Shown in pieces: positions 1 to 11,356 of a stretch of DNA of 64,000 nt; position 1 is the stretch's first letter; every line of letters begins with the position of its first letter. The DNA is taken from assembly GCA_964019335.1 (NCBI GenBank), contig OZ025683.1, forward strand, positions 186,001 to 250,000, read 5' to 3'. A program made the position numbers and the translations under genes. The notes under the pieces were generated by a model. The model was not told the origin of the DNA. It worked only from the letters and a program-made list of their open reading frames with translations, and did no database searches. This stretch comes from Diplonema japonicum. Lineage: Eukaryota; Protista; Euglenozoa: Diplonemea.

Positions 1-342
1 CTGTCCAAAGGCAGTGGGACAGCCAGGAGCAGTCAAAGAAGGAGCTGGAGAAGGAACGCAGACTCAAGAACGCCGAAGATCTCCGCATGCAGATCGAGGA
101 GATGGAGGAATTGCGTAAAAAGGAAAGACGAGGGTTCTTGGAGGAGGGCAACAGGCTCAAAGCCCAGAGGCTTGCTGACGAACAGAAAATCGAGTTGATA
201 AGAGAGGTATGGAGGGGAAAAAAAAAAAGAAATCTCCCTACAGCGTAAAATCCACGAGCTCAACAACTGTGCTGTTCCTGAGAAATATCGCAATGAGCTT
301 CTCAAAAAGAAAAATATCGAGCCGCTCAGACCCAGTAAATAA
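1..342 (+). CDS. CFAP45: 3' end of a CFAP45/CCDC19-like ciliary coiled-coil protein (partial; intron 207..243)
   Basis: Splicing GTATGG..TACAG gives ...RRGFLEEGNRLKAQRLADEQKIELIRE/RKIHELNNCAVPEKYRNELLKKKNIEPLRPSK*, resembling the CFAP45 C-terminus (FEEG.RL...KL.EL...G.PEKY). Confidence 0.75.
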
Positions 343-763
343 AAAAAAAAAAAATGAAAGGGTGGTGGGGTAAGGGAGAGAGAGAGTTTTTGTTCATATA
401 TGTGTGTTTTTTAGTAACGGGGAAGGAGGAAAAAAAAGAAGAAATGATGATGTTTATAGGTTTTTTTATTATCCCCCCATCTCCCCCCCCCCCCCCCCCC
501 CACTTCTGACGGCGTGCCGCGAAAACGACGACAAAGAAGAACGGAAAAAAAAGAAGAAAAAAACCTGCAAAGGGGGGAGCGGCCATTTGACCCGTCCTTT
601 TAAATATTTCCCATTACCCTTTTTTTTTCCCTCCCCCCCCTGATTTTTTTTGTATTGTTCCCCCCTCAATTTCTTTTTTTTAAAAAACCCCCCCCGTAAT
701 TTACTTTGAGGGAAAAAAAAAAAAGAACAAGAAAACAAAAAAAAAGAAGAAAAAAATGCAAGT

Positions 764-2377
764 ATGACGCTTCTTGATGTCAAGGTAGCAGTATGGCCTG
801 CAGACAAGTTTTTAGAGGAAAAGGTACAGGGCCAGCTGTTTCAAGACACATTGTCGGTTTTGAACCCAACCCACATGGTCGCCTTGATAGAGAGCAGGCT
901 GCAGAAAGGCGGGGTCCCCCTCGCTGTCGGCAGGGTGGAGTACTACGATGAAGCGATCCAAAAATGGATGGACCTAATACCTGATCACGATTTGGCGAAG
1001 TTCAGCCAACCGGTCAAGATGAGGGTGTGGTCACGACGCAGAAAGTTTCTGTGCAAGGTGTATCCTTTGAGGGGAACGGTGTCCAACTACGCCCCTAGAA
1101 GCGTTTCGTTTTTCGCGCTGAACCTGAAAGAATTTGAAGACGAACTTCGGGCAAGACTTCCCCCGTCTGAACAAGATTTCAAAGATATCCTTCACAACGA
1201 CCCACGGACGGGGTGGGTTCTTTTAGAAACCCTTTCTGACATACCTGTTGATGCTGTTTACTCGGAGTTAAAACTGATCCCGAAAGAAAATTCACTGGCC
1301 ACCACTGAACGCAGAGAAGAATCACCCCTCCCACCGGACTTATCCAACTACAACGAAACACAAAAATTACAGCACATCATCGCATTGGAATCCGCGAGAA
1401 AAAAACACGATGAAGATAAACAAAGCGCGTCCGAAAAATACCTTCAAACCGTTAAGGAAAAAGACAAATCGGAAGATCGATCCTGGATGCCAACAAGGCT
1501 GTCTGTAAAACCTATGCTTCACACCACTGCAGAAGTCTCGTATTTACACAACGAGCAAATTCGAAACGCGTCTTCAGAAGGAAGGATCGAGGACCATTCA
1601 AAAAGGTTTCCGGACCCGAACAGAGATGAATGCTGCTACCCAGGTTCCGGACAGGTTCATTCTATGGAAAGCAGTGGACACGGGGATTTGAAAAGACAGG
1701 TTATTTCTTATATTAGAACGCTTCTTCAAGATGTTAATTCCCCGCTGGTCGAGTATCTGTCGCCAAGAGGGCTTCCTACCAATGACCTTGTTAATGTGAC
1801 CGCGCTTGTAGCTCATCATTTTTTGGTGAGATCTCCCTGTCGGCCTGGATTTGCGCTGTCTCCGGAGGATAAGGCGCACATTCACAGCCTTATGGCACAT
1901 GTTTTGTTGGAGCTACCTCATAACAAGAACAAAACTGCTGAGATGGCAGAGTTAGCAAGAGCTGAGGCGCGTTCACCTCCACCACAGCGGAATGTGAGCT
2001 TGGTTGCGGAGGCCGCGCCAGCTCCACAGGTGGTTCTGATGCGCCCGCTGCTCTCTGCGGAAACGGTCGTGATCTACGGTACAGTGTCGTGTGCAAACCC
2101 TGTGGAGTGCAAGTGGTTTCTTAGGACTCACAACAACCACGTTGACATAGAAAAAATTTTTGAGCGCGGCTTCGCCACTACAGAGCCTGTTTCTTCTTCG
2201 TCTTTTTCGTTGAAACTTTTACCCGGTATGGCAAGAAAAAAAAAAAAAAAAGTAATAATAAAATAATAATAATCAGGCAGCCTTATAAAAGGAGTTGACT
2301 ACCACCTCACCTTGCAAGCCACCTCCGACCCGGGAAACAAAACCGCTTCTGCAACTCAAAAATTCTCACTACCTTAG
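764..2377 (+). CDS. Hypothetical protein (intron 2226..2276)
   Basis: The 500-aa ORF runs into GTATGG-polyA-ATCAG; removing it extends the frame with GSLIKGVDYHLTLQATSDPGNKTASATQKFSLP*. No family recognised. Confidence 0.75.
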
Positions 2378-2486
2378 ATTTATTGTTTTTTCTATATATA
2401 TATTTTTTTTTCCCTCTAAATTTCCCGCCTCCCCCCCCCAAAAAAAAAAGGACGAGTGGAGGGGGGAGGTGGGAGAGAAAAAAAAA

Positions 2487-3887
2487 ATGTTGGTGGTACC
2501 CATCATGGCTACTGTGGTGTTCAGCTCCGTCTCGCTCAGTTGGGAGCCGGTTCAGTCGCGGGAGTACTGCGAGAGCCTTCCGACAATATATGTGCAGGGT
2601 GCGGAGAGGGACAGTTCTGTGTCAGGAAAAAATATGGTGTGTACCCGGTTGGTGGGGCCGAGCACCTCAAAGTCACCGGATGAATGGCTGGACACTGTGA
2701 GAGGGAAGTTGAAAGGGGGCAGCTCCACGTGCACCGGGAGCAAGTGCGACGGCGAGGTCGAGATTTTGTTTCCAGACGACGCGATGTCGTTTGAGCTAAA
2801 ATTTCAATGGACTGCCGGAAAATCTGACTACTCCTTAAAATTCTACCCTCCGGTGGGGCTTGTCGAAGCCGCCTTCACCCTCTACCCCAAGCCCCCGTAC
2901 AGTTGCATTCAAACACAACCCTACACAGAAACCCTTGCAACAACCTGTTCCCTCATTGCGGAAGACGATTTCTATGGATCTGAAGGGTTCATAACATTTG
3001 GAAGCAACGCTTTAAAAGCTTCAATTGAGATATACACGTCGCGTTCTGGAGTGGCGGCAAGCCTTCCATCAATTGGTATATCATGTCAAATAGACACCTC
3101 GAGAATTTCAAAGGAGTGTTTAAACGCCTCAGTATGGGAGTACTCCTTCTCCGATGCACTGACATCCACCGCAGAGACAACACGGAGTAGCAACGCGGAG
3201 AATCTTCACAAGGAAATGAAAAACGAAGAGGGTGTCTCTTTGTCCTATGTAAACACCAACGGTAAGAGCAAGCTAGCTGTTATATCAACTGATGTGTGCG
3301 ATCTAGACTCACAAGATGTTTGCTTGCAGAATAATCCACCTTGTGCTTGGGACGCGTCTAAACAAGAATGTTACATGGATAAATTCACCTCTTACAACCC
3401 TGTTTCCGGAACGAAAACTCTTGTTCAAGGCAGCAATAACACCGTGGAGATTCGGATGGATCCTTGGGGACCTTCTTTTTTGAAGGTTTTGAAGATTTTC
3501 TACACGATTTCGGATGTCCCTGGGAACGATCCATCTCCGTCGTCGGTGGGCTCTGGTACTTCCACCTGCACGCCTCCGTGTCTGGTCACCCTTGTCAACG
3601 GAACCCATTATATTGCCTCCCGGGCTTATATCTCGTCTCGTTCCGGGAACCTGTACTCTGGGATAGGCCGTGGTATATATACTATTCTTGCACCTGATGT
3701 TTCTATTGAGACACCTGCTCCGCCTTCTTCTGATTCCGCACCCACAGGGCTTATCATAGGGGTTGTCGTCGCAGGTGTGGCAACGTTGGCCGCTGTTGTA
3801 GGCCTTGTTGTTTGGGCGAGGAAAGGTGGTGGTGGTGAGGACGATGCCGAACCTATAGAAGAGGAAATGTTTGACTCGATGAACTAG
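2487..3887 (+). CDS. Cys-rich type I membrane/surface protein
   Basis: ATG after an A-run; hydrophobic N-terminal signal-like segment; Cys-rich ectodomain; C-terminal TM helix (LIIGVVVAGVATLAAVVGLVVWA) followed by RK and a short acidic tail. Confidence 0.8.
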   Translation: MLVVPIMATVVFSSVSLSWEPVQSREYCESLPTIYVQGAERDSSVSGKNMVCTRLVGPSTSKSPDEWLDTVRGKLKGGSSTCTGSKCDGEVEILFPDDAMSFELKFQWTAGKSDYSLKFYPPVGLVEAAFTLYPKPPYSCIQTQPYTETLATTCSLIAEDDFYGSEGFITFGSNALKASIEIYTSRSGVAASLPSIGISCQIDTSRISKECLNASVWEYSFSDALTSTAETTRSSNAENLHKEMKNEEGVSLSYVNTNGKSKLAVISTDVCDLDSQDVCLQNNPPCAWDASKQECYMDKFTSYNPVSGTKTLVQGSNNTVEIRMDPWGPSFLKVLKIFYTISDVPGNDPSPSSVGSGTSTCTPPCLVTLVNGTHYIASRAYISSRSGNLYSGIGRGIYTILAPDVSIETPAPPSSDSAPTGLIIGVVVAGVATLAAVVGLVVWARKGGGGEDDAEPIEEEMFDSMN

Positions 3888-4101
3888 AAAAAAGAGAAAT
3901 AGAAGAAGGGAAAAAAAAAAAGAAAAAAAAAAATATTGAGTTACTTTTTTTTTTGTCTGTTTGTTTGGTTCTTTTTTTTTGTCGCCCAATCAAAGAAAGA
4001 AAAAAAAACCCCCCCTTCTATTTTTTTCCCGCCCTCCGTGTTTTTTTTTTCCCCATTCCGTATCACAGGCAGAACCCCCTCCACATGATGTTGGCCTGGC
4101 A

Positions 4102-5550
4102 ATGGAGATGATTAGTTATGAAGACGTGCTAAGTGTGCACAGCGTAGAAGATGCCCAAGGGGGCGACGGCAGCAACACAACAGATTACAGCGCGAACTTG
4201 GACGCCCTAGACGAGGCAGGCGAAGTACCTCCAAAACCGGTGAAAAAAGTCTTAAACCCCTTGAGACGCCACGCACGAAACGGAACGGTGGTACAGGTAG
4301 AACCCCTTCCCACCGAACGTCTCGACGAGGTAAAGGTAACCACCGCCATCGAGCCAACGGAACCGCAGTCTTATAAAAAACGGATTTTGACAACAACGGT
4401 GCACTCGAGTCTCCCGGTCATCCTCCACACCATTGCAGTGGTGTTTCTTTTCGAAGCTAAACCGAACGTGGGATATTTGGCAACTTATGCTATAACAACA
4501 ACAACGTTTTTGATATGTGTTGGGTACTTGGTGCATTACAATCTGTCGAAGCCGTCAACAGTGTACAATGTAAATACAACACAGCAAGCTCAGCATGCTA
4601 TGGACAGTGGTTCCGCGTGCTGCGAGGACACACCATGCCCCACGTCGGACGAAGAAACTGGGACGATGTCAATGAGGCCGGTGTCTCCACCTGATGAATC
4701 TTGTTCGGATGACATTTCGTCAGATGGAGACCGGGCTGTTCGAACTCCCTTATGGGCCGCGCATGTTCGGCAAAGCAAGATCAAAAGAGCACCATTTGAA
4801 GTGAAACGAAGCAGTTTAGTGTGTACAGGGCTGAATTATAAGAAATTGGCAGATCTTTCGAAGGTTTCTGTCGAGCAGCTTCAGGTTCAGACGTCGTTCT
4901 TGCTTCAACAGGTGGTTGACGCTGTTAACAAACACCACGGGATGATGCACACAGTGTTCGGGGAGAAATTTTTTTACTCATTTAACACGTATCGGCCGAC
5001 ATACAGTCACCAGCAGTCCGCTGCATCTGTTGCGCTTCAATTCGCCAACATCAGCGGTCCTAAAAATGCAGCAGATATTTCAATCACGTTAAATTCATCC
5101 GTCGTGTGTGGGCAGCTTGTGTGCGGGACAGTTGGATTTGATGCAAATCGTCATTTTGCTGCGTTGGGACCATGTTGCCGCCAAGTCTCAACACTTCAAA
5201 ACCTGTCGGTGTCACTGAATGCTAGTGTGCTTGTTGATGGAAATATCTATAAAAGTTGTATCGGGTGCTTTCTCTTCAGAGTTGTTGATTCTGTGATTTT
5301 TGCGGAGTGCGATGCGGTCCCCGAGCTTATCTACGGTTTGCTGGCGTCGAAGGCCACCAACAGCAAGGAGTGGATGTACTATGAAAAAACCCCTTATGAC
5401 GAAGGAGTCGCTGCTCTGATTACGGCCGATTTTTCTTCCGCTCTCACCTCGTTTCAGACCATCCCGACCACCGAGGTGGACGAGGTGACGCTGCGGATGA
5501 AAGATTTTGCCGAGAACCACAGAGCGCCACCGTACTCCATATTGATTTGA
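4102..5550 (+). CDS. Membrane protein with a degenerate class III nucleotide cyclase-like domain
   Basis: Two TM helices, then HHGMMHTVFGEKFFYSFN and GQLVCGTVGFDANRHFAALG segments resembling an adenylate/guanylate cyclase fold; the usual GD metal-binding motif reads GE. Confidence 0.6.
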   Translation: MEMISYEDVLSVHSVEDAQGGDGSNTTDYSANLDALDEAGEVPPKPVKKVLNPLRRHARNGTVVQVEPLPTERLDEVKVTTAIEPTEPQSYKKRILTTTVHSSLPVILHTIAVVFLFEAKPNVGYLATYAITTTTFLICVGYLVHYNLSKPSTVYNVNTTQQAQHAMDSGSACCEDTPCPTSDEETGTMSMRPVSPPDESCSDDISSDGDRAVRTPLWAAHVRQSKIKRAPFEVKRSSLVCTGLNYKKLADLSKVSVEQLQVQTSFLLQQVVDAVNKHHGMMHTVFGEKFFYSFNTYRPTYSHQQSAASVALQFANISGPKNAADISITLNSSVVCGQLVCGTVGFDANRHFAALGPCCRQVSTLQNLSVSLNASVLVDGNIYKSCIGCFLFRVVDSVIFAECDAVPELIYGLLASKATNSKEWMYYEKTPYDEGVAALITADFSSALTSFQTIPTTEVDEVTLRMKDFAENHRAPPYSILI

Positions 5551-5889
5551 GATGGAATCTATAATTCTTTTTTTTTTTTTTTTTTTTTTTTTGCCGAACG
5601 ATTTTTTTTGGGGGGGGGAGGGTAAATTCTAGCTAGTAAACCGCTATGGTTTTTTTTTTTTTTCCAGGGGCGGGCAATTTTTTCTGACTTGGTTTCTCCT
5701 CCCCCAAGAAAAAAAAAGTCAGATTACATGGTAGGGGGGAAAGAAAAAAAATAAATGTTTTCTTTCTCTTGTGACCCCATGAACTGGGGGTGGGGGGGGG
5801 GGGGGGGGTCAGACTTTGAAATATTACTAAAACTGAGGGGGTGGGTCTTGTGGATATTCCACCCTCTTGTTGGCTCTTTTTTTTCAAAA

Positions 5890-6159
5890 GGTGGTAGGGA
5901 TAACATGAAAAATAAGAAAAACATCAGATGTGTTGTTCGCTGTTGACCTCCTCGTCGGTCATCACCGGTAGCGCCCGAGTGGAAGAACGTAACGCAGATG
6001 CTCAGGGTGACGAACAGGCAGCAAACTGCACGAGCGCAGAATCTTGGTTACCCGGGACGCCCCGGCTGGGGTTGAGCTGTACACCGCACGCATTAAGGAC
6101 GACGCGGAACGCAGAAGAAGCTACAACTCGGCCGCGGTGCGCCCCCTGTAATCAAGTAG
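5890..6159. repeat. ~270-bp GC-rich structured dispersed repeat, copy 1
   Basis: Near-identical direct copy at 10668..10941; long imperfect hairpin at about 6043..6157. Confidence 0.9.
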
Positions 6160-6278
6160 ACAGTTCTTGTGCAGGGCGCCGCCAACACCGGCCTCCTTTA
6201 ACTCATATTTTTTTTTCCCTCTTCCCTTTACCAATTATTACCTTGTTCATCATGTATTTGCTTTTTTTCTTTTTTCTT

Positions 6279-6333
<55 letters not shown>

Positions 6334-6443
6334 TCTGCAGTTAGTTTTTTTTCTTAGTTTTTCAAAAAAAAAAAAAAAAAGAACAAGCACAAAAAAAAAG
6401 AAGTTACCATCCTTCTATAGAATAGTCCCCCCCCCTTTTTTTT

Positions 6444-6960
6444 AGGCGTCCTGCCACATAACCGCAGGTACCCTTAAATGTCTCTTTTTTTAATTCTTGA
6501 ATTCTCAACGCTGTACCTTTCTTGAGGATAAGAACAGCGGTACAACATGATTCTTTTTTATGGAAAAGAAAAGAATCAAAAAAAAAGAGGAGGGGGACAT
6601 TGTGATTTAAAAAAAAAAAAAAAAAACAATTCTCCTCTTTTTTTTATTAGCAAAACAGGAAAAAAAAAAAAAAAGAAAAAAGAGTAAGGATCTTGCGTCA
6701 CAATGGTCCCTATTTTGTGTGAGGAATCAACAGGGGCGTGTTTTCCTTTTTTCTTCAGGCGTCCTGTCACATAACCGCAGGTACCCTTAAATGTCTCTTT
6801 TTTTAATTCTTGAATTCTCAACGCTGTACCTTTCCTGAAGATAAGCGGTGCAACATGATTCTTTTTTTAAAACCCCCCCTTCTTAAAGAACAAGCGAGGG
6901 AAGAAAAAAAAAAGTACATGGAAAAGAAAAGAATCAAAAAAAAAAGAGGAGGGGGACATT

Positions 6961-6991
<31 letters not shown>

Positions 6992-7118
6992 CAATTCTCC
7001 TCTTTTTTTATTAGCAAAACAGGAAAAAAAAAAAAAAAAAGAAAAAAGAGTAAGGATCTTGCGTCACAATGGTCCCTATTTTGTGTGAGGAATCAACAGG
7101 GGCGTGTTTTCCTTTTTT
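6444..7118. repeat. Tandem duplication of a ~310-360 bp unit (6444..6756 / 6757..7118)
   Basis: Both units start AGGCGTCCTG.CACATAACCGCAGGTACCCTTAAATGTCTC and share GGATCTTGCGTCACAATGGTCCCTATTTTGTGTGAGGAATCAACAGGGGCGTG. Confidence 0.9.
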
Positions 7119-7363
7119 TTTTTTTCTTACTGGGAACCCCCATCATCACCCAACAAGGGGGTATGCAAAGAGAAAAAAAATTCCAAAGAAAACGAAAGAA
7201 GTGGCAATATGTTTCATATCTATTCTTTTTTTTTGATCAGAAGAAACGGGGGGGGGGGGGGGGTACTGTTGTAGAAAAAGAAGAACAAAAATATTCATAA
7301 AAGTTTTTTTTTTCCCCAAGGTTTGTTTTTTTTTTTTTTGCGATATTTGTCAGTGCCAAAAAA

Positions 7364-7971
7364 TAGCTATTTATTAAGTGGAAATAAGATAGCATTATTT
7401 CACGCGTGGTGGCAGGGGTACGAGTAGGGATCTTAGTTCACGAGCGCAGCGAGTGAAGTAAAAAGCTGCGAGTTAAACCTGCCACCACAAGTGGAATAAT
7501 GCTCTTATTTTCACTAATACGTTGTTTTATTTAACAAGAGCCGATTTGGGTTACAGGGTGTGGGAGATACAACATCGCTAAATTTCAGTTTGTGCGACTC
7601 TTTGTCCTCATCCCGCAAACATGCAAGCCGCATATGCCTGACGCACTATGTTGTCGCTGGAGGGGTCGCTGAATTCCATTCAGATACTCTTTCATTTGTT
7701 CCTGACTAAACACCGAAGCTTTTTTTCACCTCATGGCCTTCTTCAAAAGAAGTGCAACCCTGAAATTTCGTTGGATGACAACGTTGATGGCCCTAAACCT
7801 AGGTGAAATTAGGCCCAGGAGTGAAATGATGTTACATTATTTCACGCTCGAACATTATTTCACTCCTGGGCCTAATTTCAAGGTAAACTGGGAGTGAAAA
7901 TAAAGCTGGGAGTGACATAAAGTAAAATTTTATTTTCACTCCCACCCTTGAAAACCCGGCTCGAGTTATAT
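7364..7971 (-). mobile_element. Non-autonomous Crypton-like DNA transposon with a decayed tyrosine recombinase fragment
   Basis: Subterminal inverted repeat (about 7378..7415 / 7478..7514) around TTCACGAGCGCAGCGAGTGAA. Minus strand 7750..7568 reads, with four frameshifts, SFEEGHEVKK-ASVFSQEQMKEYL-MEFSDPSSDNIVRQAYAACMFAG-MRTK-ESHKLKFSDVV (YR box I GxRxxExxxLxxxDV). Both ends match the element at 52963..53727. Confidence 0.7.
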
Positions 7972-9050
7972 TTAAAAAAAAAAAAAAAATCGCCAACAAT
8001 GGTGATTGTAGCACAAAAAAAAAGAAGAAGAAAAAGAATGAAAAGCAGGGAGATGGATGGGGGGGGGAAAAAAAGAAGAAAAAAAAGCACGACACATAAC
8101 GTATAGTCAACTGCGCACCAACAAAAATCGAGGGGGTACGCCTTTTCCCATATAATAGAACCTATGGGCTGGAGGTTTTTTTTTTTTTTCTTTTTCTTTT
8201 TTTTCTCGCAGTTTTTATTGAAGGTGTTCTTGGGTTAGGTTTAATACAAAAAAGGGGGGGTGTTTTTTTTTTTTTCCTTTGTATTTTACTTATCTGTTGA
8301 AATGGGAGAAAGTAAAAAAAAAAAAAAATCCTCCCCCAACCCATAGTTAGTGTTCTTAAAGTCCAACCTTTCAACTTTTTTTTTTCCAATTCCGGTAAAA
8401 TGTTAACCTTTCACCTGCCTTCGATACTGCGCAGGTCCGGGATCGGGGGGGGGGGGGGGGGGGGGGGGTCCCTCGACCCGTGATGATGCACACATTCTTC
8501 ACACGAACATCATAAAATCCCCCCCTCGGCACAAATGTTTGTGGCGCTCCCTACCGCAGAAGGTGATCCTCGTTTAAAAAAAAAAAAAAAAAGTGGTCTC
8601 TGCCCTCGCTTCCTGCCTCCCAATTTTGTGAGACCTTGGTAAATTATCAAAAAAAAAAATCCCTCAATGGGCAAGTTAAGTGCTCCTACTTTTTTTTTTT
8701 CTTTTTTTTTTTTCCAGGCAACTCCCCGTTCTTTTCCACACACAACATATCAATTTTTTTTTTGGTGTCCCTTTCTCCTCCTATTTTGATGCACAAGACA
8801 TACTCCTCTCAATTAAGGAGGATCTTGTCCTTTTTTTCTTTTTTTTTTTTTTTTTCCCCTGGCGAAAAAAAAAGAAAGAACAGAAAGAAAGAAAGAAAAG
8901 CTTATTTGTCTTAACACCCAAAAAGAAAATATAGGAATATAGAGGGTTGAATTAAAAAAAAAAAAAAAAACATATCCACCTGTGTTTGGTCTCGTCCTCC
9001 GTTCTTCTCCTCCCTTCCTCACCATACTATTGAGAAATAAGAAGAAAATG

Positions 9051-9085
<35 letters not shown>

Positions 9086-10667
9086 TACCATGGTACCACC
9101 GGGTGTTACTGTTTTTTTTTTTTTTTTTTCCCGACCCGTCTTTTCGAGTTTTGAGTAAGAAAACTGTGTCCACTGTCGAAATCCTAGGCTTCAAAAAAAA
9201 AAAAAAAGCTCTGGTCCAGACAGCAACAATGTCAAACTGGATCTGTAAGTGGGAGGGAAAGGTTTTTTTGGGCGAGAAAGCTCGGCAGGATTCTCAGCGT
9301 CTTAGAAAGGATCCATCTAAAAGGGACGGGGAATCATCTGATTCCGGCAGAAACTATGAAGTCAGTACACTCACTACGCACCCTAGGGCTCCACAGCCAT
9401 GCCGTCACTGGCTACTCCACTCGTCCGATCTTCGCATCCCCGAAGGTCACCCACTCGATCCTAGAGGAACAAATGCGCACGCATTGCATCCTCAACAACT
9501 CGCTAGTTGGTTTCACGCCCAAGCTGCTGATGAGATACCACGACGGGCCTAAGGCACTACCACGACAGAAGGGATCAAACACTAGATGAGTTGATTGTCG
9601 TTAGGCGATCCTGTCACATACTGCAGGTTCCCTTCAAAGACATCTTTTTTTTTCCTTCTTCTTCTTCTTTTTCTTTTTGTTTTTTCAAGCAGCCCTATGA
9701 GGATGCCTTTGCCTTGTGCCACCTTGACGTAAAAGATCAAGTTTATTTTTTTTTCTCCTTCTTCCCCTTTTCTTGTATTGATCTCGCGTTTCACACCGAA
9801 TCAGGTGCACAGGAGAACTTTAAACAAAAGCTTCTTCCCCCTTTTTATTCTTGTTAACTGTAAGATCACTTCACCCTTACACGTTATTTTTTCTGGAGCT
9901 TTTTTTAAATTTTCACAGAAGTAGGGGGAAGCTGTTAGGTCGACAGAGGATGCAAGGTTACAGAGTCTTTTGTCTATTGGAAAAAAAAAAAAAAACAGGT
10001 TTTCCCCAGAATGAACGAACGAAAAAAAGGAGAAAAAAAAGGGGGGAACCGTGCCAGACCGCAACTGTACACGGTAAACAACAACAAAAAAAAAAAGAAA
10101 TACCCCGGTAACCTGCAACTCTTATGCAACCACAAACCTTTTTTTTTTTTTTGTTTGCCCACCCCTAAGACTGTAACCTCAAACTCTTTTTTATGTCCTA
10201 TGAGATTTCTCATTCTACCGGATAAGCACATTGAGAAGTGATTGAGTGACTGAATTCCAGTACTTGAGTAATGGGAATTCTTGCAGTTGCTCGCTCATGT
10301 ACACGGGAGTGGGAACAAAGTTACATGGGGGGGGTGTTCGGGGGGGGGGGGGGGGGGGAAGAAGAAGAAAAAAAAAACGAGGTAAAAAAAAATCCGTAAG
10401 TTTCTTTTATCTTTTCTTTTTTTCTTTTTCCTTGAAAAAAAAAGAGAGAAAAAAAAAAGCAAGTGACTTGCTTTTTCCTCCAAAAAAAAAGGGGGGGTGG
10501 TGCGTAAGAAACGCTTCTTCAACAACGCGAAGGAGGGAAATTTAGTTTTTTTTTTTCGAAAAAAAAAGGGAAAAAAAAAGTACATGAGCACAATAAGAAG
10601 AGAAAAAGAAAGAAGAAAGAATATGCCTCGTTCCGTTCCTTTATGATTTCCGTTATATTTTTTTTGA

Positions 10668-10941
10668 GGTGGTGGGGATAACATGTAAATATAAGAAGTA
10701 CATCAGATGTGTTGTTCGCTGTTGACCTCCTCGTCGGTCATCACCGGTAGCGCCCGAGTGGAAGAACGTAACGCAGATGCTCAGGGTGACGAACAGGCAG
10801 CAAACTGCACGAGCGCAGAATCTTGGTTACCCGGGACGCCCCGGCTGGGGTTGAGCTGTACACCGCACGCATTAAGGACACGACGCGGAACGCAGAAGAA
10901 GCTACTGCTCGGCCGAGGAGCGCCCCCTGTAATCAAGTAGG
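10668..10941. repeat. ~270-bp GC-rich structured dispersed repeat, copy 2
   Basis: Direct repeat of 5890..6159 with a few substitutions and a 2-nt insertion. Confidence 0.9.
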
Positions 10942-11356
10942 TAGTTCGTGCTTCATTGCACGCTTAACGCCACCTAGTGTTACAATCAAAGCCCCATTTT
11001 TATTTTTTATTTTTTTTCCCTTATCCACTCCCCTCACTCTCCAGCACAATTTCCTTTTTTTTTTTTCACCTTTCCCACCACGCTACCACCAGCATCCCCT
11101 CTTTTTTTCTTTTTTTTTCCCCCTGACATCTCACCCAACTTTTTTTTTTCCCTCTTGATGCATACATTAAAAAAAATAACTTATGTATGGTGCCAAGAGG
11201 GGGGAGGGAAAGGGAAAGAAGAAAAAAAGAAAAGAAAAACAAACCGAAAGAACGGAAGGAAACCCCACGCACCTCCCCTGGCCACCCTCCATTTTTTTTT
11301 TTTTTTTTTTTTTTGTGGATTTGTTCAATTTTTACTCAAAATAAGGGGGAGGAGGA

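Noticed and set aside
207-243. General base-pairing of intron ends (Euglena-type non-conventional introns)
   Set aside because: Seen here and weakly at 13543..13832 only; the other introns lack it and all have GT-AG ends.
5890-6159. Assignment of the repeat as U3, 7SL, U1, SL RNA or a hammerhead ribozyme
   Set aside because: No U3 box A, no SRP helix-8 CAGG-GNRA-AGCA motif, no ACUUACCUG, no SL exon and no CUGANGA/GAAA core.
5928-6344. 138-aa and 77-aa ORFs (MCCSLLTSS...) in the duplicated element
   Set aside because: Non-ATG starts, frame broken between copies by a 2-nt indel, and poly-Phe tail from a T-run.
8445-8468. Long G/C homopolymers as specific G-quadruplex elements
   Set aside because: Such runs are ubiquitous in this window's intergenic DNA and their lengths may be sequencing-dependent; no specific positional pattern was seen.
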